Shown here: positions 1 through 7,704 of the stretch, piece after piece
Position numbering within the stretch: the first letter of the stretch is position 1
Layout of the letters: every line of letters starts with the position of its first letter
From: an uncultured Clostridia bacterium
Lineage (GTDB): Bacteria; Bacillota; Clostridia; Oscillospirales; Acutalibacteraceae
Direction of reading: 5' to 3'
Assembly (NCBI GenBank): GCA_944380725.1
Contig: CALWIK010000018.1
Span: 3,348 to 67,347 of the forward strand
DNA length: 64,000 nt
Translations under genes and position numbers: made by a program
The notes under the pieces: generated by a model
Told to the model about the DNA's origin: nothing
What the model saw: the letters and a program-made list of their open reading frames with translations, nothing else
The model's database searches: none

Positions 1-125
1 AATTTTTCGGGAACCCGGATTCGTGTGCCAGTATTTTTGTGGACTGAGATGTTTCAATTTTAGTATAGTACAAGTTTTTATCCCCATATATTTATAGTAA
101 TTTATCAGCGTAAGGAGGAGTTTGT

Positions 126-302
126 TTGTTAAAACCACGCCAAGAAAATGTAGCAAAAAAGTTTAATATTGGGAAAACGCGTATTAAAATATGTACTGAT
201 TATTGTGTAAATGACCCTGTTGAGATAAAAAAAATCTTAAATATCATCGCAGAAAAATCATTACATAGCATTGACAACTCCTCACAAAAAAATAATTGTT
301 GA
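126..302 (+). CDS. small hypothetical protein, 58 aa (below the ORF-track cutoff)
   Basis: TTG start lies 7 nt after AAGGAGG (112-118). Translation is MLKPRQENVAKKFNIGKTRIKICTDYCVNDPVEIKKILNIIAEKSLHSIDNSSQKNNC, with TGA at 300-302. A loose likeness to small transposon-borne TnpW-type proteins is recollection only. Confidence 0.35.
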   Translation: MLKPRQENVAKKFNIGKTRIKICTDYCVNDPVEIKKILNIIAEKSLHSIDNSSQKNNC

Positions 303-325
303 TTTTTTATAGATAGCATCAAGGT

Positions 326-745
326 GTGTACGAATTAGCACACTTAGAAATGATTGGAGCTATTGTATTTCAACTTACAAAAAATCTTTCTATAGAAGAA
401 ATTAAAAAATCTGGATTTGATCAGTACTTTGTAGATCACACTACCGGAATATATCCTAGTTCTGCAGCTGGTGTGCCATTTACAGCAGCGTATCTTCAAT
501 CAAAAGGAGATCCCATAACAGATCTGCACGAAAACTTGGCTGCCGAACAAAAAGCAAGAACAACCTATGATAATATATTGAGATTCTGCGATGACCCTGA
601 CGTTAAAGATGCCATAAAATTTTTGCGTCAACGTGAAGTTGTTCACTATCAAAGATTTGGTGAAGCACTACGTATATTAACTGACAAATTAGATAGTAAA
701 AATTTTTATGCTTTTAACCCCTCTTTTGATAAAAAATGCAAGTAA
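326..745 (+). pseudogene. manganese catalase (CotJC-type), C-terminal fragment only
   Basis: ELAHLEMI...AAGVPFTAAYLQSKGDPITDL...AAEQKARTTY...FLRQREVVHYQRF matches the Mn-catalase fold from about residue 60 onward. An in-frame TAG sits at 314-316, and there is no N-terminal ~60 aa, usable SD or ATG. Confidence 0.6.
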
Positions 746-816
746 TTTTGTTAAAATAAAAACTTTTTGAAATAGTTTTCTCTAGCAATATGGCAATTAA
801 AAATGATACGTTTTTT

Positions 817-852
817 ATCCCGTTGACCTTTAAGTAGCTAACGGGATTTTTA
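817..852 (+). terminator. intrinsic terminator after the catalase fragment
   Basis: Perfect 8-bp stem ATCCCGTT (817-824) / AACGGGAT (840-847) followed by a T-run. Confidence 0.6.
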
Positions 853-1513
853 TATTTCTATTTTTATGTGTTGCGATTGCTAACATCATAGTAATTTGTG
901 CTGCGAAGTGAGATTGTTATGACAATATGTATAAATCTATATTATTTGGGTTCTTTAAAATCTAACATATACTTTTTAAATCATTAAAAATTATTTTACA
1001 TATTGTGTCTCGAATTTATTCTCTTATTTTTCTCTCCCAGCTTCTTCTTTGCAATATTAAGTATCACAACATTTTTATACAGAGGATTGTCTGTTATCTT
1101 ATAAGTCTACTCCAACAATTAATTTTATAATCAGATCGATGATATAATTCTGCTTTAAATATAGATCTAATATTTTTAAAATTTGAAGCGTTCTATGACC
1201 AAAGGCAAACTAGTAAAAAATCATGTGTTAAAAGGTGTAGAAAAGACCCAGATAAGCCTCATTTATAAGTCTATACCATCCTCAAAGCCTTGTAAAATTT
1301 TTATTTTTTGATTTTATTCTAATAAAACAATTTAAGGATATATCGGTTCAATTATTTTGTTCTATCTTTTTTATAAAATAAAATTTTAATAAATTATAAA
1401 GTTGTTTCCATAGAAAAAATAACTAAATATTAAATTCTAACATTATTGTGAAAACAATTAACTTATAAAATACAAGATATTTTTATCTAGCATTATATGT
1501 AATTTTGTCCACT

Positions 1514-1589
1514 TGGCAGGGGCAGAAGGACTTGAACCCTCGGCACGTGGTTTTGGAGACCACTGCTCTACCATCTGAGCTATACCCCT
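1514..1589 (-). tRNA. trnW: tRNA-Trp (anticodon CCA)
   Basis: The reverse complement reads AGGGGTATAGCTCAGATGGTAGAGCAGTGGTCTCCAAAACCAC...GGTTCAAGTCCTTCTGCCCCTGCCA. It has a 7-bp acceptor stem, anticodon loop CTCCAAA, a T-loop and an encoded CCA. Confidence 0.93.
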
Positions 1590-1643
1590 TTGTTAACTTA
1601 ATAATTATTATAAAAAAGTATTTTATTTTTGTCAATAAAATAC

Positions 1644-2381
1644 TCAGATTGAACTAATTATATTAATAATTTTTCTTTTTAATTTTATGAAATCTTTCAA
1701 AAATAGACAGTCTAGATTTTTATTGTTAAAAATTTTCAAACTACTTATAATTTTATGACTTTTTCCAGAAATAATATGTATAATATCTGCAAACAACAAA
1801 GCTTCATCAATATCGTGTGTAATAAGCAAAGTTGTTTTTTGCAAATTTTTCTCGATTTTCAAGTACCATGAGTACATTTTATTTTTAGTAAATACATCAA
1901 GTGCATTAAACGGCTCATCAAGCAAAATTACATCTTTATTTTGCATGTAAGTCCGCAAAAAAGCTACTCGTTGTCTAGTTCCTCCAGAAATCTCATGCGG
2001 ATATTTTTTTTCTGTTTTATCAATTAGAAATGTCGAAAAATATTTTTTAGCTTTTTCTTCGGCTGTATACTTATCTTTTCCTGATAAGACCAACGGCAGT
2101 GTTACATTTTCTAGCACAGTTTTATATGGCAAAAGTAAATCTTTTTGCGTCATATAACTTACTTTGCCAGTCATGTTAGTTATTTCTTTTCCATTCAAAA
2201 AAATCCGACCAGCACTAGGAGATTCAAACCCTGCAACTATGTTAAACAAAGTAGTTTTGCCACAACCGCTTGGCCCTAAAATAACTGTAGTTGTATTATT
2301 TTCTATAGAAATCGAAATATCATCTAATACACATTTTTTATTATATATTTTTTTTATATTTTTTATTTCTAACTTATTCAT
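1644..2381 (-). CDS. thiZ: ABC transporter ATP-binding protein, NitT/TauT family (HMP salvage ThiZ-like)
   Basis: Walker A GPSGCGKTT, signature ISGGTRQRV and Walker B ILLDEP. It is the last gene of a TPP-riboswitch-controlled operon. Confidence 0.75.
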   Translation of the reverse strand: MNKLEIKNIKKIYNKKCVLDDISISIENNTTTVILGPSGCGKTTLFNIVAGFESPSAGRIFLNGKEITNMTGKVSYMTQKDLLLPYKTVLENVTLPLVLSGKDKYTAEEKAKKYFSTFLIDKTEKKYPHEISGGTRQRVAFLRTYMQNKDVILLDEPFNALDVFTKNKMYSWYLKIEKNLQKTTLLITHDIDEALLFADIIHIISGKSHKIISSLKIFNNKNLDCLFLKDFIKLKRKIINIISSI

Positions 2382-2405
2382 TATTTCACTTCTTAAAATA
2401 TAACT

Positions 2406-3416
2406 TCAGTATGTTTTTTCTGGCAAAAATTCATTAGTAAAAGATGAGTTATGCGCTATCTTTTTATTTATAATTTTGTTTTCAAACAGCCAGTCATAAA
2501 AAGAATTCCAACGCTCCGGATCGATCACTCCCCATTTATAAGACCCATTTATATATTGGGTAGACATATAGTTTTGACTTTCTAAAACAATCTCGTAATC
2601 TAATTCTGGAACACATTTAACAAGAACTTCTGCAGCCTTTTTAGGATATCTAGCCGCGAATGTATATCCCTTAGATAGCGCCTTTAACACTTTTTTTATC
2701 GTGTCTGAATTATTTTTTATAAAATTTAAATTGCAAATTAAAATAGGCGTATAAAAATCCAAATTAGAATTTACATCTTTAAAAAACAAAAAATTATTTT
2801 CTACTCCAAAATGTTTCGCAATAGGCCCTTCTATTTCAAAGTATCCCCAAGCTGCATCTGCGCTATTAAGCGTCGCTACTATATTATCGATTTTACTATA
2901 AAACAGACTAACATTATTAAAATTCCCTCCGCATTCTTTCATACAATATTTTAACAAAGAAAGTTCTATAAAATTATCAAATGTAGAATATTTTTTAAAC
3001 TCTAAATCGGCAAAATTTTGTATGTTTGCAGTCTTTTTGCATATGATTCCAGAGGTATTGTGTTGTGAGATTGCGGCTACTGCTTTAACCGGTAGTGGAG
3101 TATCTGACGTTAACGCCGGAGCTAAAAAATCTTGAAACGCAACAGCAAAATCAACTTCACCTGCCGCAACCAGCGCTGTTGAACTCTCTTGAGGTGGTTG
3201 CTCGATCTTCACATTTAGCCCTTCACTTTCAAAATATCCTAAATCTTTTGCTAAATAAATTCCGGTATGATTAGTGTTAGGTGTCCAGTCCAACATTATA
3301 ACAATTTCTTTGTCAGAATATTTAAAATAATTTTTATAAAGGAAAAGCATTGCTATAATTATAATGGTTATAAAAAATATAAAGAAAAAAATTTTTTTTA
3401 ACATCTTTAACCTCAT
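2406..3416 (-). CDS. thiY: NMT1/THI5-like substrate-binding protein (ThiY-like, pyrimidine/HMP precursor binding)
   Basis: N-terminal membrane anchor followed by an NMT1/THI5-type periplasmic binding domain. Its start overlaps the permease stop by 4 nt (3413-3416), and it lies downstream of a TPP riboswitch. Confidence 0.7.
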   Translation of the reverse strand: MRLKMLKKIFFFIFFITIIIIAMLFLYKNYFKYSDKEIVIMLDWTPNTNHTGIYLAKDLGYFESEGLNVKIEQPPQESSTALVAAGEVDFAVAFQDFLAPALTSDTPLPVKAVAAISQHNTSGIICKKTANIQNFADLEFKKYSTFDNFIELSLLKYCMKECGGNFNNVSLFYSKIDNIVATLNSADAAWGYFEIEGPIAKHFGVENNFLFFKDVNSNLDFYTPILICNLNFIKNNSDTIKKVLKALSKGYTFAARYPKKAAEVLVKCVPELDYEIVLESQNYMSTQYINGSYKWGVIDPERWNSFYDWLFENKIINKKIAHNSSFTNEFLPEKTY

Positions 3417-4171
3417 TTTTCTATATGCAAATGTTTTAAAATTCTTTTTTGAAGAAGCTCTATTAATTTTACAAAACAGATACTTATCAATGATACAAAT
3501 AATATTGAGGCAAAAAGTTTATCAAATGAATATGCAGATTTTACTCTAGTCATATATACTCCAACTCCAATTGTTCCTCCTAGCCATTCTGCCACTACGG
3601 CACTTATAAAACCATATGTTGCAGAAACTTTTAAACTTGAAAAAAATTGAGGAAATGTATAAGGTATCTTTAAATGTATTAATATCTGCAAATAATTGGC
3701 ACCCATGCTCTTTAAAAGATTTAAATATTCTTTATCTATGTGAGAAAAACCATCATAAATTGAAATCGTTAAGGGGAAAAAACAACACATTATTACTAAA
3801 ATTATTTTAGATAAAATACCGTATCCAAAAAATAAAACTATGATAGGCGCTACAGCTATTGTAGGTACTGTTTGCGTAACAATTAATAATGGGTAAATAG
3901 ACTGTTTTGCTATTTTAAAATAGTCCATAAAAATACTCATTAAAAACGCTAAAATTATGCTACATATAAGCCCCATAATCGCTTCAAAAATCGTAAATGT
4001 AGAATGTTTAAGTAATATAAAAAAATTCTCATAAAACGCTTTAAAAACATCAAACGGAGCTGGCAGCATAAATTGTGGAATGATATTTAACTCTGATATA
4101 ACTCCCCAAATTAAAGTTATAATCAAGATTAACAATATTGCCGGCATTTTTGAATTTATTTTTCTTTTCAT
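3413..4171 (-). CDS. thiX: ABC transporter permease (ThiX-like)
   Basis: Six-TM BPD-type permease. It is the first gene after the TPP riboswitch leader. Confidence 0.7.
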   Translation of the reverse strand: MKRKINSKMPAILLILIITLIWGVISELNIIPQFMLPAPFDVFKAFYENFFILLKHSTFTIFEAIMGLICSIILAFLMSIFMDYFKIAKQSIYPLLIVTQTVPTIAVAPIIVLFFGYGILSKIILVIMCCFFPLTISIYDGFSHIDKEYLNLLKSMGANYLQILIHLKIPYTFPQFFSSLKVSATYGFISAVVAEWLGGTIGVGVYMTRVKSAYSFDKLFASILFVSLISICFVKLIELLQKRILKHLHIEK

Positions 4172-4214
4172 TTAAATGTATTCCATTTCTTTTCTATTGT
4201 TTTGCTTAAAAACT

Positions 4215-4338
4215 GGCTTTGTCATTGCCCGCCGTGAATTCAAAATTGTTATAATTTTGAATTCTTCCATCGCGTTAATAATAACGCAATGGAATCAATC
4301 GACACTTAATATCGATGCCATGGCGGGCGGACAGGGTT
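4215..4338 (-). promoter_or_regulatory. unassigned structured RNA element in the thiX leader (GC clamp enclosing three hairpins)
   Basis: Closing helix is TGTC/GACA (4220-4223 / 4330-4333) plus GCCCGCC/GGCGGGC (4227-4233 / 4322-4328). It encloses hairpins at 4236-4264 (12 bp perfect), 4265-4294 (12 bp, one G.U only on the minus-strand RNA) and 4298-4316 (5 bp). Confidence 0.45.
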
Positions 4339-4342
4339 TTAC

Positions 4343-4375
4343 AAAAAAATCCGCCTACAAAAATTTGCAGACGGC
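4343..4375 (-). terminator. intrinsic terminator (expression platform of the TPP riboswitch)
   Basis: Minus-strand RNA reads CCGUCUGC-AAAUUUUU-GUAGGCGG followed by U7. Its two wobble pairs would be C.A mismatches on the plus strand. Confidence 0.7.
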
Positions 4376-4397
4376 AAAATCATTTTTTAAACAATAT

Positions 4398-4472
4398 TTC
4401 CCTCCGTCGGCATTATCCGAATCAGGTTATGGGTTACGAAATCGTTCTCAGCCGATGCAAGATCAGCACCCC
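4398..4472 (-). promoter_or_regulatory. TPP (THI-box) riboswitch aptamer
   Basis: Minus strand reads GGGGUGCUGAUCUUGCAUCGGCUGAGAACGAUUUCGUAACCCAUAACCUGAUUCGGAUAAUGCCGACGGAGGGAA. It contains the CUGAGA, ACCUGAU and GGAUAAUGCC...GGGAA cores of the THI element. Confidence 0.9.
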
Positions 4473-4480
4473 TTTTTTCA

Positions 4481-4509
4481 ATTATAGCGCAATATCATAA
4501 ATAAGTAAA
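4481..4509 (-). promoter_or_regulatory. sigma-A-type promoter for the riboswitch-thiXYZ transcript
   Basis: On the minus strand: TTTACT (4504-4509), 17 nt, TATAAT (4481-4486). It lies immediately upstream of the aptamer. Confidence 0.55.
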
Positions 4510-4521
4510 GCAAACAAAAAA

Positions 4522-5535
4522 TTAAATATTATCAGCTGCACACGAAACAGCAACCGCACAGGCAACTGTAGCACCAACTATAGGATTATTTCCCATACCA
4601 ATAAAACCCATCATCTCCACATGTGCAGGAACAGACGAAGAGCCTGCAAACTGTGCATCGCTGTGCATGCGCCCCATAGCGTCGGTAAGCCCATAAGAAG
4701 AAGGGCCTGCAGCTATATTATCTGGATGAAGCGTACGACCAGTTCCTCCGCCAGATGCTACAGAAAAATATTTTTTATTATTTTCGATAGCCCATTTTTT
4801 ATAGGTTCCCGCTACAATATGCTGAAATCTAGTTGGGTTTGTTGAATTCCCAGTAATTGAAACATCTACATTTTCGTGCTGCAAAATTGCAACGCCTTCT
4901 AATACGTCATCCGCTCCAAAACATCTGATCGCTGCACGATCTTTATTGGAAAAAATTTTTTCTTCAACCACAACTAATTTATTATAAAAATGATCAAATT
5001 CTGTTTTTACATAGGTGAAACCATTAATTCTAGAAATAATATATGCAGCGTCTTTTCCTAACCCATTCAAAATAACTCTAAGAGGTCTTTTTCGTACTTT
5101 ATTAGCAGTTTTTACAATGCCTATAGCGCCTTCTGCTGCTGCAAAAGATTCATGTCCCGCAAGAAACGCAAAACATTTAGTTTCTTCTCTGAGCAACATT
5201 GCCGCTAAATTTCCATGTCCAATTCCCACATTTCGCTGTTCTGCCACAGAACCTGGTACACAAAAAGAATCAAGACCAATACCAATAAATTTAGCTGCAT
5301 CCGAAGCTGATTTAGCACAGTTTTTTATTGCAATGGCACAACCCAAAACATAGGCCCAACAAGAGTCTTCAAAAGCAATTGGTTGGATCTCTTTTACTAT
5401 AGAAAAAACATTTATTCCATTATTTTTGCAAATATCTTTTGCCTCTTCGAGCGATTTTATATCATATTTTAACAAACACTTATTTATCTTCTGCATTCTA
5501 CGGTTTATATTCTCAAAATTTGCAACGTTTCCCAT
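4522..5535 (-). CDS. GGGtGRT family protein (uncharacterised conserved family)
   Basis: Contains the eponymous SGGGTGRT motif (FSVASGGGTGRTLHPD). SD GGAGG lies upstream, 14 nt downstream of the NifU-like gene. Confidence 0.75.
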   Translation of the reverse strand: MGNVANFENINRRMQKINKCLLKYDIKSLEEAKDICKNNGINVFSIVKEIQPIAFEDSCWAYVLGCAIAIKNCAKSASDAAKFIGIGLDSFCVPGSVAEQRNVGIGHGNLAAMLLREETKCFAFLAGHESFAAAEGAIGIVKTANKVRKRPLRVILNGLGKDAAYIISRINGFTYVKTEFDHFYNKLVVVEEKIFSNKDRAAIRCFGADDVLEGVAILQHENVDVSITGNSTNPTRFQHIVAGTYKKWAIENNKKYFSVASGGGTGRTLHPDNIAAGPSSYGLTDAMGRMHSDAQFAGSSSVPAHVEMMGFIGMGNNPIVGATVACAVAVSCAADNI

Positions 5536-5549
5536 AATTAGCCTCCAAA

Positions 5550-6242
5550 TTATTCAGTTCGTGGATCTATATACCTTGTGGCGTTTTCAAATTGTCCATA
5601 AATTCCAATATTTTTGTTAAAAGCTTCTTTTGGATCTACTCCATTTTTTATATCAGATAGCATTTTGCCAAGTTTAACAAATTTATATCCACAGACTTCA
5701 TCATCATTATTTAAAGCCAAAGAAAGTATATATCCTTCGGTCATTTCTAAATATCTAACACCTTTTGATTTTGTGCTGTATGCTGTGCCTATTTGTGATC
5801 GCATTTCTTTACCTAAATCTTCTAGGCCAGCACCTATTGGTAAACCTCCTTCAGAAAAGGCTGTTTGAGTTCTACCATACACAAATTGTTTAAAAATTTC
5901 TCTCATTGCAACGTTTATCGCATCACATACTAGGTCTGTATTCAGCGCTTCTAACAAAGTCTTGCCGGGCAAAATTTCTGCTGCCATAGCCGATGAATGA
6001 GTCATTCCGGAGCATCCGATTGTCTCTACGAGTGCCTCCTCAATTATTCCGTTTTTTACATTTAAAGTTAACTTGCAAGCTCCCTGCTGTGGCGCACACC
6101 AACCTACTCCATGTGATAATCCTGAAATATGTTCTATTTGAAACGATTTTATCCATTTGCCTTCCTCCGGAATAGCTGCTGGGCCATGATTTGGTCCTTG
6201 TTTCACCGTGCATTTTTTCTCTATGTCTGATAAATAATCCAT
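5550..6242 (-). CDS. NifU/IscU-like domain protein with a C-terminal extension (partner of GGGtGRT)
   Basis: IscU-like cysteines occur in GWCAP..GAC, ETIGCSGMTHSSAMAAE and DLVCDAINVA, followed by about 100 aa of unknown domain. SD AAAGGAG lies upstream. Confidence 0.65.
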   Translation of the reverse strand: MDYLSDIEKKCTVKQGPNHGPAAIPEEGKWIKSFQIEHISGLSHGVGWCAPQQGACKLTLNVKNGIIEEALVETIGCSGMTHSSAMAAEILPGKTLLEALNTDLVCDAINVAMREIFKQFVYGRTQTAFSEGGLPIGAGLEDLGKEMRSQIGTAYSTKSKGVRYLEMTEGYILSLALNNDDEVCGYKFVKLGKMLSDIKNGVDPKEAFNKNIGIYGQFENATRYIDPRTE

Positions 6243-6285
6243 GTTTTTCTCCTTTATTATTTGTTTGCATTTTAAATTATTCTTT

Positions 6286-6314
6286 AGTATAGTTTTTTTT
6301 TACTCTTTATTCAA
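6286..6314 (-). promoter_or_regulatory. candidate promoter of the NifU-like/GGGtGRT operon
   Basis: On the minus strand: TTGAAT (6309-6314), 17 nt, TATACT (6286-6291). Confidence 0.45.
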
Positions 6315-6346
6315 TCAATATTATCCTTTTTATAAAAAATATTTTA

Positions 6347-6375
6347 TTGACTTAATCTAAAAAATAAAACATACT
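6347..6375 (+). promoter_or_regulatory. candidate promoter of the uppP leader
   Basis: TTGACT (6347-6352), 17 nt, CATACT (6370-6375). Confidence 0.4.
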
Positions 6376-6385
6376 ATTATAGTAA

Positions 6386-6492
6386 AAGCGGCTCGGGCGT
6401 TTAAAGATAATATTTTAACGCTTAACTAAGCCTAAAATAAAATTTGGGACCCGGTTCATAAAAATGTAATTTTTATGCCGAGCCACCCGCTT
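6386..6492 (+). promoter_or_regulatory. unassigned structured 5' leader upstream of uppP
   Basis: P1 AAGCGG/CCGCTT (6386-6391 / 6487-6492) and CTCGG/CCGAG (6392-6396 / 6478-6482). Inner hairpins are at 6397-6421, 6431-6448 (with a U.G that only pairs on the plus strand) and 6457-6477 (9 bp perfect). Confidence 0.45.
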
Positions 6493-6533
6493 ATAAGCTA
6501 TCTATTTTAATAGAATAATCAAGGAGGTCACTT

Positions 6534-7364
6534 ATGGATTTTATAGAGATAATAAAATCAATTATCATAGGTTTTGTGCAAGGGATAACAGAATGGCTCC
6601 CGATAAGCAGTACAGGACATATGATATTGCTAGATGAGTTTATCAAACTAAACATAACGAGATCTTTTTTAGATTTATTTTTAGTAGTAATTCAGCTAGG
6701 ATCTATTTTGGCGGTTATATATTTATATTTTAATAGATTAAATCCATTATCAAGCAAAAAAAATAAACTACAAAAAAAAGAGACCATATCTTTATGGCTA
6801 AAAGTAATTGTAGGCTGTTTACCTGCAGGTATTATAGGCTTTTTATTTGATGATTTTATTCACGAAAAATTGTATAATCCTATAATTGTTTCGGTAATTT
6901 TAATTTTTTACGGAATTTTATTTATAGTTATAGAAAGCAAAAATAAAAACTTTTCGATAAACAAAATAAGCGAACTAGATTATAAAACCGCGTTTTTTAT
7001 AGGATTTTTTCAAGCCCTAGCTTTAATCCCAGGAACATCTCGTTCTGGAGCTACTATTATTGGTGCTAGCATACTTGGAGCTTCTAGAAATGTTGCAGCA
7101 GAATACTCATTTTTTTTAGCAATTCCTATAATGTTTGGAGCTAGCGGATTTAAATTTTTAAAATACATAATAAAGGTAGGTCTAAACTTTTCAGCTACAG
7201 AATTAAGCATTTTATTTTGGGGAATGTTATCGGCATTTTTAGTATCTGTTCTTGCGATAAAGTTTTTGATTAATTATATAAAAAATCACAATTTTAAACC
7301 TTTTGGGTATTATAGAATAGCTCTAGGAATAATAGTCTTATTGTATTTTACAATTTTTGATTAA
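6534..7364 (+). CDS. uppP: undecaprenyl-diphosphate phosphatase
   Basis: BacA/UppP motifs [17 protein letters not shown] and [10 protein letters not shown] in an 8-TM protein. SD AAGGAGG lies upstream. Confidence 0.9.
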   Translation: MDFIEIIKSIIIGFVQGITEWLPISSTGHMILLDEFIKLNITRSFLDLFLVVIQLGSILAVIYLYFNRLNPLSSKKNKLQKKETISLWLKVIVGCLPAGIIGFLFDDFIHEKLYNPIIVSVILIFYGILFIVIESKNKNFSINKISELDYKTAFFIGFFQALALIPGTSRSGATIIGASILGASRNVAAEYSFFLAIPIMFGASGFKFLKYIIKVGLNFSATELSILFWGMLSAFLVSVLAIKFLINYIKNHNFKPFGYYRIALGIIVLLYFTIFD

Positions 7365-7490
7365 AAAACAAATATTGGTAAAATTTTGATAAAATCAAAT
7401 TATTTTGTTAATTTATATAGTGTTTTTAACTATTTTTTTGACTTTTGTTTTCTAGTATTTAAATAAATGCATGAAATTACCTATCTCTGC

Positions 7491-7519
7491 TTGACACCCG
7501 CAATGTACTGTGCTAAGAT
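7491..7519 (+). promoter_or_regulatory. promoter of tRNA-Arg
   Basis: TTGACA (7491-7496), 17 nt, TAAGAT (7514-7519). Confidence 0.6.
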
Positions 7520-7532
7520 TATGTTAATAAAT

Positions 7533-7609
7533 GCGCCAGTAGCTCAGCTGGATAGAGTGTTTGGCTACGAACCAAAAGGTCAGGGGTTCGAATCCCTTCT
7601 GGCGCGCCA
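7533..7609 (+). tRNA. trnR: tRNA-Arg (anticodon ACG)
   Basis: GCGCCAGTAGCTCAGCTGGATAGAGTGTTTGGCTACGAACCAAAAGGTCAGGGGTTCGAATCCCTTCTGGCGCGCCA. It forms a cloverleaf with anticodon loop CTACGAA and an encoded CCA. Confidence 0.93.
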
Positions 7610-7661
7610 CGTACGTCTATAAATTTTTTAATTCCTTTTCTTTTTAATTAAATATGAATAG

Positions 7662-7682
7662 GGCACCTTTTTTATAGGTGCC
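7662..7682. terminator. bidirectional terminator hairpin between tRNA-Arg and the SCIFF maturase
   Basis: GGCACCT-TTTTTAT-AGGTGCC with T/A runs on both sides. Confidence 0.55.
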
Positions 7683-7704
7683 TTGTTCATTTTTTATTTT
7701 GTTA

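Noticed and set aside
1-40. tRNA-like 3' fragment (…CGGGAACCCGGATTCGTGTGCCA) as a possible att remnant
   Set aside because: It has no proper T-arm or T-loop (no TTCGAAT/TTCAAAT context) and does not match the 3' end of the neighbouring tRNA-Trp. The CCA ending is probably coincidental.
4176-4500. Plus-strand ORFs of 103 aa (4176-4487) and 61 aa (4315-4500) in the thiX leader
   Set aside because: They lie antisense across the TPP riboswitch, its terminator and the structured element. They have no SD, and their composition is driven by RNA structure. I treat them as artefacts.
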